A stretch of 64,000 nucleotides of DNA from Podarcis filfolensis (Eukaryota). The notes beneath the pieces were generated by a model, which saw nothing but the letters and a program-made list of their open reading frames with translations, searched no databases and was not told where the DNA came from. The DNA is taken from the NCBI GenBank assembly GCA_964270895.1, contig OZ185436.1; one strand, given 5' to 3'. How positions within the stretch are numbered: position 1 is the stretch's first letter; each line of letters starts with the position of its first letter. Shown here one piece after another: positions 44,601-56,572 of this stretch. The translations under genes were made by a program, and so were the position numbers.

Positions 44601-47600
44601 AAATATCAGCCTTAAGTAAGAATCTGCAGTAGTCTCACTGACAGGGCCAGAAACTGTAACATAAACTCTGACTTAACAATATTGATGGATAAAAGGAGCA
44701 TGAGTGCCAGAAGATATTAAAAGGAGGAAATACACCAAAACTGTGAAAACCGTTACATTTCAACATTAGTTCTGAATTTACTTTTTGATTTAACTGTTAT
44801 GCATATTGGCAGTCAATTAAGGTTTTATGGTACTTGCCTCTATTTGTGCCAGAGTTCCAGTTTCCATAACCTAGAAAGAAGATACCCCAGAGGTAAAAAT
44901 CATGTTAGTTATAAGGTTATTATCAATCTACCCAAAGTACTATTCAAAATACTAAGCAGACCTGGCATGAATATTCACTGAATGACAGTTAAATCACAAG
45001 AAAAAAGTTTAACAAAAATTGACCTAACTTAATTTCATTTGACAGTTTGTAATTGACATTTTTTTGATCTGTAGACAGATGGAATGTGCTATCTGCACTG
45101 CCCATGGTCTAACCTGCAGTCTACAATATTATTTTGTAGAACCCTCTCATCTGGTGTGTACTCTTGTTGCTAATAATGATAGGCTAACCTTGAGTTACAC
45201 AAACTTGAACAACTATGGCAAGCACTGCCACTGAAAGGAAATCCCAGGTTATGTTTATAGACAGCATGGGGGGGGGGGAGGTAGGAAAGGGTGGTACGGT
45301 ATGTTGAGATAGCAGAATCCTAAGAATCCAGCACTTCTGAAGGTTCATGAAGCATCCAAACAAAGTACGTATACATTAGCAATACAGAGCAAAAACATTA
45401 CAAAGCTACTGAGACCTATCAGCCTGCAACATCTTGTGAATGTATCCCACTAGTAACCCATGGCATCTCATTTTTCAATTGATAGTTTATTAAATTACAA
45501 AACTATCAATTAATAAAAGGTTGTTTAAGCCATTTCAAATGCACGTTTTTCATCCCTCAGCCTCCTGTCAGCATTGCCCTCAGTATTCCAACTTTATCTA
45601 AAAGTTTCTCTTTCATTTCTGTCATGAATCTCTTACACATTCTACAGCACACATATACTCACGTGAATGAAAATTCTCAAACTGGCACAACACTAGGATA
45701 ATTGTTTTTAATTACTTTATTGTAGTCTGATAAAAGTAAGGCTCAGACAGAATTACTTAGCATTCGTAAGGACATTGCTGAAAATATATATCAATATCCC
45801 CTTCAGACCTTCTTCACCTGCCCAAATGGTGGGGACTACTACACAGACAAAAATAGGTTCAATGATAAAGTCATGAATCAATCCTGTTTAAATCAATAGC
45901 ATAAGGATTACAAGTTCAACTGCATCCAGTGAAATCTCCATTTCAAAGCACTCTGACCAGAAGTAAATAAGAAAAGGATTATTGCTAATTTACATTATTA
46001 CTAATTTACATTAGCTTGGAATATTAGGGAGTGAGTAATCATTTGCAGGCCAGAATATATGTAATGTACAACTATAGTTTAGAGATCAGGAGTAGGCCAC
46101 AGGATCACATGCTCCTTGTCTCTCCCATCTTACACATCATCCCTTCTCTACCCTCATTTATTTTATGTAACTGTTACTAAGGGAGGGCCTAAGCATTATT
46201 TCCTTGGAACAGCCATTAGCAGAATCACTAACAATTACTTAACAGTGAACCATGGTAAATGGGGATAATAGGGAATTCCCACAGAAGGTGTGAAGGAGCA
46301 CATAAACAGACACCCTCTCCTCCATAAACCAAGACTATAAATGACAATGCACTGACCTTCAAGCAGCAATAACTACTATTTAGGTACTAATTCAGAACTC
46401 TGCTGCTTAAGGCTACCCTTCTAAAATGAATCAAAGTCCACAAGGAGCAAAGAGCTGCAACGGCTAGCTGTAAAGCATGTATCATTGCTACAATCTCCTA
46501 TAAAGAGGTTAAACTAGTACCAGAACAGTAGTCCTCTGAAACCTAGCACACAGTCCTTTTACTAAAGATGAAAAATACACCAATTCTGAACAACTAGATT
46601 TGTATAAAAAAGTTACTGAAAGATGAATTAGACCTTAAGGGACCTGCGCTTCTCCAGAAGACACAGCAATATTGTGAGGCACAAGAACTTTTGTAGCCGT
46701 TTAGCGGACACAGAATACAACTCCTATAGTACATCAGAATCAGTACAAGTAACTTGTATAGCCACTACAAACTGCCACTAACAGTGCAATTCTGCACATC
46801 TCAGAAGTAAACCTATTGAGTTCAATGGACTTTACTTGATGTATGTATGTATGTATGTATGTGATTGTGGCTCAGCATTTTTGCCCACAATCTTAATTTG
46901 TTCAAGTAAGGGGATGACTGCTTTTACTCAGGAGCACTCTGTTCACAGTGAGAAGCACACTACATATGCTTTCACCCATTTGTATTCCTGGTGTTCAATT
47001 CCTGGTGCAAAGCAAATTCCTGGAGCAAACCTTGCGCACTAATAAAATTGTCCATTTAACTATCATAACCCATTTGAAATCAAGACAGGAGTGATTAACT
47101 CCTCAGATAATCATCAAATTAGGTATATCATTAAAATCTAAAGTATCTTTATTTCAGAACCAAGATAATGTGTCAAAACTTCACAGAAATATAGTATTAC
47201 AGCATTTCCAGTACTGCTGCTTCACTAGCACAGTAGACTTCTGCTTGCACACCAGAACTTTCCCCTCCTCTCCCCTGCAATCCCCCCATCCTCAGAATCT
47301 CCTCCAGAGGATGCTCCAGAGTAGATTTTGAAGATGTGGAGGGAGATGAAGTCCCATGGTGCAAGTAGAACTCCAGACATGCAGCTGGACAGAACCCATG
47401 CTTCTCACATTCCAGTATCAAGTCCCTACTCAAACATTTGAAGCCAAAAATATGACTAATTGAGGTTAGTTAGAAAAACATTGATCAGGGAAATGTTGGT
47501 CTCCCAGAGTGAGAGGCTGGGAGGAGAAAGGAAAGATCTCAGGTGAGAACTGGGAGAAGCTACTATCTTATGTGGGTGGTAAGGGTTAAGAACTACCTTT

Positions 47601-48846
47601 AAGAGAGAACTCCTTACTCTATTTTTACCTTTACCTTTGATAAAAATATTAATGACGGAGAAAAATATTGACCATGGTGCATGCTGAGGGAATGAATACC
47701 ACCTGCATGACTGTCACATATGGGACTTAGCAAGCGATCCATGGAAGAATTTATATCACTTGCTAAGTGCACCAAAGCTGTCCAAAGCAGCCAGCAAACT
47801 GTTTGGGTTTGCTTTTTTAAGTTTTCAGACAAAAATCAGTCAGGTTTGTCATCAGTATGCACTAACACGCACTGGGGCACAGGTGCCAGACTATTTTAAT
47901 TGCATATAATTCCATCTGTAGCTGGGCAACCATACTGATAATGAAGAGCCTACCTCTTATTTTATGAAATAGATTTGGTTCCACACTTACATAACCAAAG
48001 GGCTAGAAAGGCAAATGTTGACACCGCAAGTTCAGATAACCGTATAACATCGCGCATGCATAAACCTAAACGAACAGCGGGCAGCTAGGATTCAAGTGGA
48101 CATGCCACGTTCGCCTTTTTATTTTATTTAGAAAGCAACTCCTCTTTGGCAAATAGCCTTTCTAAATCCCAATGAGTGTTAGTTGGTGGTTCAGCAAGGG
48201 GGAAACAATAGCAGTTATTCCAAGGGAAGCCATAACCGATCGGACACGGGGGAAGGTTCCCTCCCCCCTTTTTTTCCTTCCTGCGCCACCTTCCCACACC
48301 CACTCCTATTATAACCGCTCGCAGATACCAAGCAGTGGGGTGCGCGTGTGCAAAGACGGCAGAGACGCAAAGATCCATCCCTCCTTCCTTCCCTCCTACC
48401 CCGATTCTGAGGCGGCGGGCGCAGAGGAGCAATGCTGACATTCACCTTTCCCCGAATCCCCTCCGCACATTCGCACAACGAGGGGCGGACGGCCGAGGAG
48501 GGCGGCGCACCCTGCGCGCACAGCCTGAAACCGTCCAAGAACCTCCCCGCCCCCCACGCGCCATTTCTTTATTTGGCGGGAGCAACGGGAAAACGACGCC
48601 TGGCAAACACCTCAGCAACCCACCCCCGCGGGGAACAGGGGTCACCACAGCGTTGCCAGGAGAGAAGGGAAAGGCAGCGCTGCTGACCCCACCCCCCGAG
48701 ATGTTGACATAGGGCCGGGCCCTGCGCTCCCTTTGGCCCACTCGCGGTGGGTGGGAGGAACCCGGCTCCCCACCCTCATGCCCGACAGGCGGCCGCCCTC
48801 TCTCCCCCCGCTCACCCGGCCCCCGACGCTCACCTGAATAGCTCAT
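29332..48846 (-). CDS. AKAP8L: AKAP8-like (HA95/NAKAP95), 13 coding exons, 1899 nt, 632 aa
   Basis: In-frame exon chain: MSYSG start, YG-rich N-terminus, fingers [23 protein letters not shown] and [55 protein letters not shown]; colinear with recalled human AKAP8L. Confidence 0.96.
30658..30877. mobile_element. Tigger/pogo-like MITE, subfamily B-related
   Basis: TA-CAGTTGTACCTC ... GAGGTACCACTG-TA, 220 bp; ACTTCCGG at 30733-30740. Confidence 0.88.
31400..31495 (-). CDS. AKAP8L: AKAP8L exon 12 (AMMEQSKK...ERYLK)
   Basis: ttctag| ... AAG|gtaaaa, 96 nt. Confidence 0.95.
32495..32625 (-). CDS. AKAP8L: AKAP8L exon 11, zinc finger 2
   Basis: ttctcag|AC ... AGA|gtaagt, 131 nt. Confidence 0.96.
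33589..33694 (-). CDS. AKAP8L: AKAP8L exon 10 ([19 protein letters not shown]...DLTQ)
   Basis: atgcag| ... AGG|gtaggt, 106 nt. Confidence 0.94.
34081..34222 (-). CDS. AKAP8L: AKAP8L exon 9, zinc finger 1
   Basis: ttaacag|G ... CAG|gtcggc, 142 nt. Confidence 0.95.
34654..34762 (-). CDS. AKAP8L: AKAP8L exon 8 ([20 protein letters not shown]...RDRMVE)
   Basis: catgtag|GA ... AAG|gtaagt, 109 nt. Confidence 0.94.
35587..35785. mobile_element. Tigger/pogo-like MITE, subfamily B, inverted relative to the 26131 copy
   Basis: TA-CAGTGGACGCTCG ... GGTATGACTG-TA, 199 bp; its reverse complement aligns with 26131-26337. Confidence 0.9.
35811..36188 (+). mobile_element. Possible solo LTR
   Basis: TG...ACA ends and internal AATAAA at about 36061; no clean TSD found. 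Confidence 0.4.
36882..36936 (-). CDS. AKAP8L: AKAP8L exon 7 ([18 protein letters not shown])
   Basis: attttag| ... AAG|gtaagt, 55 nt. Confidence 0.92.
37365..37490. mobile_element. Degraded hAT-type MITE related to 13070-13205
   Basis: aatcccatcagcccc ... gatgatgtaagttgtagtcc ... atctggagggcca; another degraded copy near 32680-32775. Confidence 0.55.
38356..38399 (-). CDS. AKAP8L: AKAP8L exon 6 ([14 protein letters not shown])
   Basis: ttttcag|AA ... AAT|gtgagt, 44 nt. Confidence 0.92.
38453..38540. repeat. Short (~85 bp) palindromic squamate repeat; further copies near 44200-44380 and 46780-46836
   Basis: tgcaaccctat ... tcagaagcaagt ... ataggattgca inverted ends. Confidence 0.55.
39238..39355 (-). 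CDS. AKAP8L: AKAP8L exon 5 ([15 protein letters not shown]...SDNSDSDN)
   Basis: ttcatag| ... ATG|gtaaga, 118 nt. Confidence 0.94.
39817..40276 (-). CDS. AKAP8L: AKAP8L exon 4 ([10 protein letters not shown]...WKMWDADFK)
   Basis: cttgcag|G ... AAA|gtaagt, 460 nt. Confidence 0.96.
42645..42862. mobile_element. Tigger/pogo-like MITE, subfamily A (near-identical layout to 3171-3401)
   Basis: TA-CAGTGGTACCTC ... GAGGTACCACTG-TA, 218 bp. Confidence 0.92.
43101..43338 (-). CDS. AKAP8L: AKAP8L exon 3 ([10 protein letters not shown]...[14 protein letters not shown]...GGD)
   Basis: atttcag|GT ... CAG|gtgagt, 238 nt. Confidence 0.95.
44838..44870 (-). CDS. AKAP8L: AKAP8L exon 2 ([10 protein letters not shown]), ends at a GC donor
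   Basis: tttctag|GT ... GAG|gcaagt, 33 nt; matches recalled human [11 protein letters not shown]. Confidence 0.9.
46841..46862. repeat. (GTAT)5 microsatellite
   Basis: Read directly. Confidence 0.9.
48834..48846 (-). CDS. AKAP8L: AKAP8L exon 1 coding part (MSYS-G)
   Basis: gccaccgccatcATGAGCTATTCAG|gtgagc. Confidence 0.94.
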
Positions 48847-49470
48847 GATGGCGGTGGCGGCTCCACTACAAAACCACACTCCTCACACCCGTTACCTCCT
48901 GCGCCAGACGGCAACGGCAGCTCGCTAGCCCCGCCTCCCGACACTGTTGGCCGCGCTCGCTCACCTAGCCGGTCAGCCATTGGCGGTTACGGCGGGTAGT
49001 CCCGCCCCCCTCGCACGCTATTGGGAGCAGAGGCCTGGAGCCCTCGTATTTTATTAGAGGCGGGAGGCATCGATCAGAACCACTTCGGTTAACCTATAAG
49101 GCAATTGCGGATGCCAATCATGTTCCGTCAGCGAATAACAGCACCGGCTAGAGATTTCCAAGAGGTCATTGGGTCTAAGCGGTTATCACTCATGAGGAGC
49201 GGCGCAACGGCGGGCACTAATTTGTACTCATTGTCCCCAAGTATGCAGCGCGTCCGCTTTCTCTTGTTGCGCACCTTTCAGGAGGCGGGACCAACCAGCT
49301 GCTCTTATTGGTCAGAAAGAGAGAAGCTTAGTTCGTCTCTTTCTCGCGGGGGATGGGGGTGGACTGAGGGCGGGGAAATAATCAACGAGATAAACTGGAA
49401 GGAATTCAACTTCTTCCGAATATGACGGGCTACGGAAGCTCAGGAGGCACAACGACTACCATTTTACAGC
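48847..49470 (-). promoter_or_regulatory. AKAP8L: AKAP8L promoter within CpG island (~48030-49600)
   Basis: ATTGG at 48979, 49020, 49168, 49307; CCAAT at 49114; GC boxes including gggcgggg near 49368. Confidence 0.75.
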
Positions 49471-52252
49471 GCCTTGTTATGGATAGTCTCCCCTCCCCAC
49501 GTCTTCAAGCTGCGGCATCGGAATTTAAATACCGAGGGGGCAGGACAGCTCGAGTGTCAGTTGCCTGCACCGCTATGGCGGCGTATCCCTTATGAGGGGG
49601 ACAGAGCAAAGAGGGGCACAACACCATGGTGTAGCCTGCTTCCCCAAATGTAAAGTTTGATGTAGCAATTGTGCTCCTCTCAATGAAAAACATCAGTGTG
49701 CGATCGAGCACATAAACGGTTTCTTCTAAATAGAAAGAAAGATCAGGTCATATTTCCCTCTCACCCCCACACAAAATAATAATTCCAGCCCGCCAATGCA
49801 ACTGGTGGAGCCAGTGCAACCACCTGCATCGTATCAAACTGGACCTAACTGACATACACTAACAGGGGATGTGAAGGCAGGGCTAAAGTTGCTGAAAAGG
49901 TGGTAAAAACAGAGCTATGCAAACCAATGCCCAAAGCTATGCAAACCAGCGTGGAAGCTGGTGCTTCTTCACTGATGAGGTTCAGAATAACAAACACCTT
50001 GAATATAGACAATGCATGGCCAGTTTCTTCCATGAAGGATGGTATCAGAGGTTAGGTAAAAGTCCTCTTGCCACCATCCCATTACACTTTTAAGTTATGG
50101 TTCCTGCAATGCAGTATTCTTTTCTAGAAGAGAAAGCATTTGAAGAGAGATTCTAGTTTGAACAGGATTCAAATGGAAAGCGAGTTGCCTGAAGCTGTGA
50201 GCGGCAAGCTGCAATATCAGTTGTTTCTCACCTCAGCCATGAATTCACTCCTTGGCTCTTGCTTCACCTCAGAGCTACAGCTGTAATATATGAATATCAG
50301 CCTATCTTGCAAGATTACATTATTGAAACCAAGTGTTTTGAACACTTATCACCTTTGATAATGTATAGCTATATATATTACACCATGTCTGATTATTCTG
50401 AATTAGAACCAACACTTAGTCAATCAGGACTGTACTTTATCTTGAACATAAGCCCTTGGCAAAGTGTCTGCCTTTTAATTTTCAGAGAAATATGAAGAAC
50501 AGAGAGATGGTCTCCTCTAACTCTATGATTTTAACCCATAAATATTTGATAATTAAAAGTAATATTTGCATAACAGCTGGATTTCCAATTGCTAATAAAC
50601 ATCTAAAGCTAAAATGCTATGGGCTTAGCTATGGGCTTTCCTTTTTGCCACCATATTTGAAAATGCTTGGTGCTTCATAGCTAGTACTGGAACCATCTCA
50701 GCTTCTTGGATTAGACATTCAAAATATAGTTACAGTACTAGGTTTCCTTCATAAACTCAAAAATTGGACACCAGAAGGTCAGAATTGAGGAACTGACAAA
50801 AGATTAAACTACAAGTGGATAACTGCTTGATGGCGCAATTTGATTTATGAATGTTGCCACAGGCAAAAATAGTTATTCTGCTTACAGTCACTTGTTATTA
50901 AAAAAGGACAAATTGAATAGATAGATTTTACCAGTGTCTCATTTGTACCAGCTTGCACATACAGAATAATGCTGAGGGGAAGAATAAAACATCTACCACA
51001 TGATGATAATACTCATAGCAAAGACACTTTTGTAGGCACTACTAAGCAGCCCTGGGTAAGTAACACATCCTAGAGCATGACTTTCCAAGAATCCATTAGT
51101 TGGCATGCCATGATTTGAGCTGTTGGATGCCCTGCTTATGATCCTAAACTTCTGAGTATGCTCTAGGCTTGAGCCATAGTAGGAAGCAATCTCTCAGATA
51201 CTGGCATTTTGTTTCTAAACAAAATCCTGCTTTACTTACATTATCAGTCTACTGGTGGCTTTCTCTAAGGGCAGATTTCCTGACCTTAATCCTTTCAGCC
51301 TAGACTCTGATAATTGTTTTACATTACTAGATTGGCACCACTGCTGGAACACAATTCTAATCATGCATGCTAGCACCTTTACCTTGTATTTTAGTAGGCT
51401 GTGCCAATTTCAACTCTTTTCTACAAAACCCAACTTCATCCTCTTCTGTACAGCCAAGTATCAACAGTGAACTAACAAATTTATGCATAGCCTTAAATTG
51501 TCTGAAACTATTTCATTCACTCAACCCTTATATTGCCCTTGGTGTGCTGAAGAAAATAGTAATCCCTAAAGCTTTAAAAACAAATTGGCCTATGTTTAAG
51601 CTGTTGCAAGATCACCTGCCTCATGGCTCCATTAGTATGAACATGTTTTTGTTTCATCTTTCTCCTGCAGGGTCTCAGAGCTGCTGCAAATGCCATAATG
51701 GCCTGACTCCAGTGGAGTAGACCAAGCAAGTCATTCCTTGTCCCTTGGTTTATGTTCATCTTTTATTCTATTAATGTAGATTACAGCAGAAATTTGTACA
51801 GTATTGTGTCTACGAGCCTCTAGCTTCAGCCTACAAGGAATTTTTCTCCCAGGTGAAGTACTCTACTGTTCCAGGAGTCTGGCATCCTTGATGAAACTTC
51901 CTGCACACAAAGAAGAGCAGAGCCTCTTGAGTATGTGGGTCATTTAGTGCTGAAGAGGGCTTAAGCTAAGGGCTCACTGAAGATCTTTATCTCCATCAGG
52001 ACAAATGGGAAGGGATATTCTCAGATTTCTGATAAAGTACAAGCCTTAGCAAAAAACCAAGACCTTGTCACAGACTCATTAAGGAGTCTGATTTCCAAGT
52101 ATAGCTAATCATGTAAGTTGCTAGAGTGTGATATTAACATTGTCTCCTACCATGCCACAATGCAGCATGAACTACTACTCTACCTCAGTTAACACCCTTG
52201 TTTTTACTTCATTTAACAAGATGAGAAAAAATGCAACATTCGTATCACAATG

Positions 52253-52358
52253 TTAGCTTGTGGTAGAGCATCTGCTTTGCCTGCAAAAGGTTCCAAGTTT
52301 CTCCTGGTAGACAACACTACTGAGCTAATGGTCTCAGTCTAAGTCAGTTTCCTATGTC
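52253..52358 (+). mobile_element. tRNA-derived SINE (second family), internally deleted
   Basis: tagcttgtggtagagcatctgctttgcctgcaaaaggttcc ... agtcagtttcctatgt. Confidence 0.65.
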
Positions 52359-55159
52359 TGTTCCTTTGTTTGAAGACTGGAGAAAATGGAAACCTCATGT
52401 CCAACATTTTACAGTGCAATTGAGGGTGAAATTGTTATTAAAGACCCATTGGAAATGGTCTGAAACAGGCTATATCAATATCTGATTGCAGGGACAGAAT
52501 GAGCATAATGCTCCCTGGCTAAACAAACATAATGCTGTAACTTCTCTGCCCCCACACCTGTAAGTAGCGCAGACTAAGCCTTTTCAGAAAAAAATGTGGC
52601 CCTGAACTGTCTCACAGAAAATTCCATATTTCCCTGTGATCTCCCTTCTCAACTATTTAAATCTGAATAATTCATGGGCTTTGCCCCTTTAAGATAAGGC
52701 ATTCAAGAGTTTTATTCCCATCTACAGATAATTTGATAAAAGGTTGAACGCAATGCCTCTTGGAACAAACATAATAAAGGGCAGCTTGTATAATAATTAC
52801 CAAAAAACCCCACCCTCTAACACGAATAAGATCTTTGCCTACTGGAACATCAAACTTTATTAGTGAGGCAGGCCATTTCAAAGGAACACGTAGTTGGCTC
52901 AACTCCAAAAAAAGAATATCAAGAGTACTGGCAAAAGGGAGGAATCAATTTGAAAGATTCCAAAGTTGCAAATGCAACCCAATTAAATAAATGTAAACTA
53001 ATTGGCTATACAAGTTTTACTTGATTAAATCAATTAATGAAAATTTGCATATCTGTAAAAACAATATCCCTGAAGCAAAAGGCATGCTTTGTTTTAAAGA
53101 TGATGCACACATACATGATATCAAGCATCTTAAAAGAAGCATTCTTTCTGGTCATAAGGGAGAATGCTTCTTATAAAATGGTGCTTGCTGCCTGCAGTTC
53201 TAAGCAAATTATTAAAAGTATCACTTTTCCCCTCACAGTTTGCTAACCAATTTACTGGGGGAGCTATCAGTAAATTTAAAAAACTGCAACTGTTTAACCA
53301 AACTGTGCTTTAGGCAGTGAAACCTCTGGCATTAATTGGTTGGGTTAATGTGGCGGCATACAATTCCAGTTGTTCAAGGAACCAAACATTTTGCATTGCT
53401 ACTTCTGTGAGGAATGTTGTCAGTTTGGAGGAGAGTGGAACCTCTCTTTGGGACAGGTGGTAGCAGAAGTCCCAAGATACAAGGAATCTGAGGAACAGGG
53501 AGGCCTGAGGCTACAGTGCTGAAGGTAAGGCTCAGAGTTGGGAAGTGAATGACAATGAAGAACTTGAAGGAAGGCTAAGTGACTTGAGATGAGACATGAA
53601 CTTAACACACAAAGGGTCCAATCATAGAGGGAACTCTGAATAAATTTCACAATGTTTAGGATCAGGAGTTGTATGCAGGAGGGATGGTATCTCAGATCAG
53701 GAGGTGAAGGTAGAGATCAGATCAGGTAGAGGAGACAGGTGTACTACGCAGCCTGGTCAGGAGACAAGATGGCTAATGGACGCTGTCACTAGACTGCCTT
53801 AGAGGCAAATCTGTCTGTTGGGGTGACTAAGGTCACTGCAGCACTCTGTCCTACAATCCTAAGGGGTTAAGGGAGAGATGGATTATAAATATTTATTTGA
53901 ACCAAGCAGCCAATTATTTAAGCTAGAGGCTTTCAGTTGCCTTTAATGCACTTAGAAGTGAAAGCCACTGTACAATGAAAAGCAGAGGTGTAATGCTTTC
54001 CTGGTAAGTTAATAGACAGGGGGAACATGGATAGTATTTGGCACATGGTAGCTGCCAAGCAGCATTTTCCTGCTACCACTCTTATGGAATACTTTTCAAT
54101 CAGATATGATGCTAAGGAAGAACACATCTCAGATGGGAGAGGGAATGGAAACAAGGCAGAATCAACCATGCATGCATCCTTCGTGGCCTTTGATTAAAAG
54201 AAAGCAATAGGGATGCTTGCATGCAAGACACACTGTGCTACTCACTTCTCCTTCCATTTTTCAGGACAGTCAGAATGAAGCTGGTTGGAAAGCTATGGTG
54301 CTATTGCTACCCCTTAATTTAACGTAGTGACAGGTGTAATAGCACCCTCCCCACACGGTTTTGGGAAGGCAGCTGTTAGCACAGGGAGTTATGTAATGTT
54401 TGGAACTGTATTGTCATACTAGTCCCTGCTCTGGAAACTGGCCCAGTTATATATGGTGAGGAATTTGCTCACCAATGCATCATTCTGTGCTGCAAGATTT
54501 CCACATACCTTTATACTGAATGCCTGGACTGAAATCAAGGTTTAAACCCCTGCTTTGGTCTAAGAGGAACCCAGTGCGACATATGGTGATGCTGTTACAC
54601 TGTCTTGTGCTGGGACATTCTTCTGTAAGCTGAATAAAAAATGCTTAGAGTTGTGGCTTTGGTTTCTGAACATGACTGCTGCTCAGCCTGCTATGGGAGA
54701 CCAAAGCATATAAAAAGAAATTGTTTTAAAAATCAGAAACAGAGGAAGAAGTTGTACATGGCAGAATAGGCGCCCGCAACAGTGATGACACACTTTGATA
54801 CAAGGATTTCAGTATCTATTCTACGTAAGTCCTGTATGGGTTGGGTCTCAGACTGTATTGCCAGAGACGAGGTGAGATGTGGGAAATACATTCAACATAG
54901 GGAAAATTAAAGCACTTTTTAAAAAAAGCTTATACACCAATACACTTTTAAAGTACACCTTACCAAGACAGTGAGTCTGCTAGTTTCAGTTTATCCTGGA
55001 GTGATAGAGCCTAAGGTTTCTCCAGGAAACAGCTTCCACATCCACTGGCAGCTCTTGGGACACCTCTCTATAGGAACCACAACACATTCTCCACCTTCCA
55101 CGTAAGTATACAACCAGAAAAGCACACACTCAGGATTCTCCTTTTGTTTCCAGAACAGG

Positions 55160-55165
55160 TTTAAT
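55160..55165 (-). terminator. WIZ: Candidate WIZ polyadenylation signal ATTAAA
   Basis: Followed on the minus strand by a GU-rich tract (gtgtgtgcttttctggttgt); implies a 3' UTR of about 1.3 kb. Confidence 0.4.
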
Positions 55166-56415
55166 CTAATATACATATTCCTAGGTACAGTAATAACCAG
55201 AATATGCCCATTGAAAAAGTTAAAAGGTAATTTGCCTCCAGACTCTGCTCAGCCTGGGATCCAAATAAAAATGAATGCTTGTTATTTCTACACAAAACTA
55301 GAGTTTAAAAAGTTGAGGTTCTATGAAGAGAGACGAGGACAGCAACAGTGAGAAATAACAGGAAAGCAGAAATTCCAGTAGGACCTACTGTTGCTGGTTT
55401 GGGAACTGCACCAAGTTCTTGCTAAAAAGGAGAAACATAGAGGCCCTCCACCCGCAAGAAGTCCAAACTCTTCAGGTACCCTTGGAAAGGACTTGCTTCT
55501 CCAGAAGGACATGTCATCCCTGATTTCAGGCAGAGGTTATCTATGGGACCTCATTACCCTTTCTTCAGCCCAAGGCTAAAGACAGGAAAAATCCATATTC
55601 TTTTGCCAAAATCTCATTGCCATAACGTGGCAGAGCTGAATTCCCTACAGGGTCCCACATGAAACAGATGGGGATAACCAGGTGACATTGGGAAGTTATG
55701 GAAAAGGGAAATGTATATGGGTCAAAGAGTCCATGATTTCCCCTTCAATGCAGGTGGGACTGAGGCCCTCCATCACAGAGTTAGGGAACGTGAACATGCA
55801 CAACAGGATCCAACGTCTACAGAAACTAAAGACTTGTCACCTAAGGAGTCAAACATACATTAACTCTAGAGTCACATACAGAATTAACAGCTTTCCCCAC
55901 AGAACAAAGTGCTCTGGGTCTACCCTCCCAACTTGCTTGTGTCTGACCTCAAACAAATCCTCATGTTCACAACTTTCACTAGAACCTCATATTCACAATT
56001 CTCACCATCACATCTCTCACAGCCTGAACTGCAACAGAGCAAGTCCATGTTTCCTCCCTGTAACAAGTGTGTGTCTTTGGAGAAACCTGCATTCACTGAA
56101 AGGACAAGGAAATTTCCATTTTACTTTTGTGCAGATAAAAGCGAGCTCCAGTTTGGAATACCATTTCCATCAAAAAGGAGCATCTCCATTAAAAACAGCA
56201 TCGTTAATTTAGTGCTCAAACTCTGGGACTGTTCCCGCGAACTCTCCGCCCCACCCAAAATCCAAGTTAAGTCTACAGGCGGGCAAAGCTGTGGAGCAGG
56301 GGGGGGAGGGGGATGTCAAATACTGCTTTCACCCCCATTCTGATAACCATTAATCTTGTTCATTTGGAAAGGTAAGAGAGAAACCCTGGAATGCTGGTGC
56401 TTCCTAAGAGCTTTG

Positions 56416-56572
56416 CTACTGGGCCTCGGCTACAGGTGGTGCCGCAGGCACATCGGTCCCACTTCGCAAAGCATCGGCCTTGGAGAAGTTAGTCTCCAAG
56501 ATGTGGCGCTGGAGGTGCCGCACCCACTCCTCTTGGATGGAGAGGGGCCCCTGGAACTCCACTTCGCAGAAC
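56416..56572 (-). CDS. WIZ: WIZ last exon (FCEVEFQG...AEAQ*)
   Basis: ttgtgcag|G, stop TAG at 56416-56418. Confidence 0.95.

Noticed and set aside
43727-45280. Poly-G runs in AKAP8L introns as G-quadruplexes
   Set aside because: Single homopolymer tracts that are also error-prone in assemblies; no four-tract pattern supported.
6587-48833. Intronic snoRNA or miRNA genes
   Set aside because: No convincing C/D or H/ACA box structure or non-repeat hairpin seen by eye; an Infernal/Rfam scan would be needed to exclude them.
48124-48879. Several 100-145 aa ORFs at the AKAP8L 5' end (similarly 459-1100)
   Set aside because: GC-rich CpG-island sequence depleted of stop codons; no recognisable domains.
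51671-51930. + strand splice-like signals suggesting a lncRNA exon
   Set aside because: Isolated sites are expected by chance; no exon chain can be supported without RNA data.
53418-53860. Purine-rich segment with repeated gatcag motifs, possibly LTR-derived
   Set aside because: No TSD or clear termini; cannot be classified by eye.
55682-56343. 176-aa and 144-aa + strand ORFs
   Set aside because: Antisense to the probable WIZ 3' UTR; no protein features.
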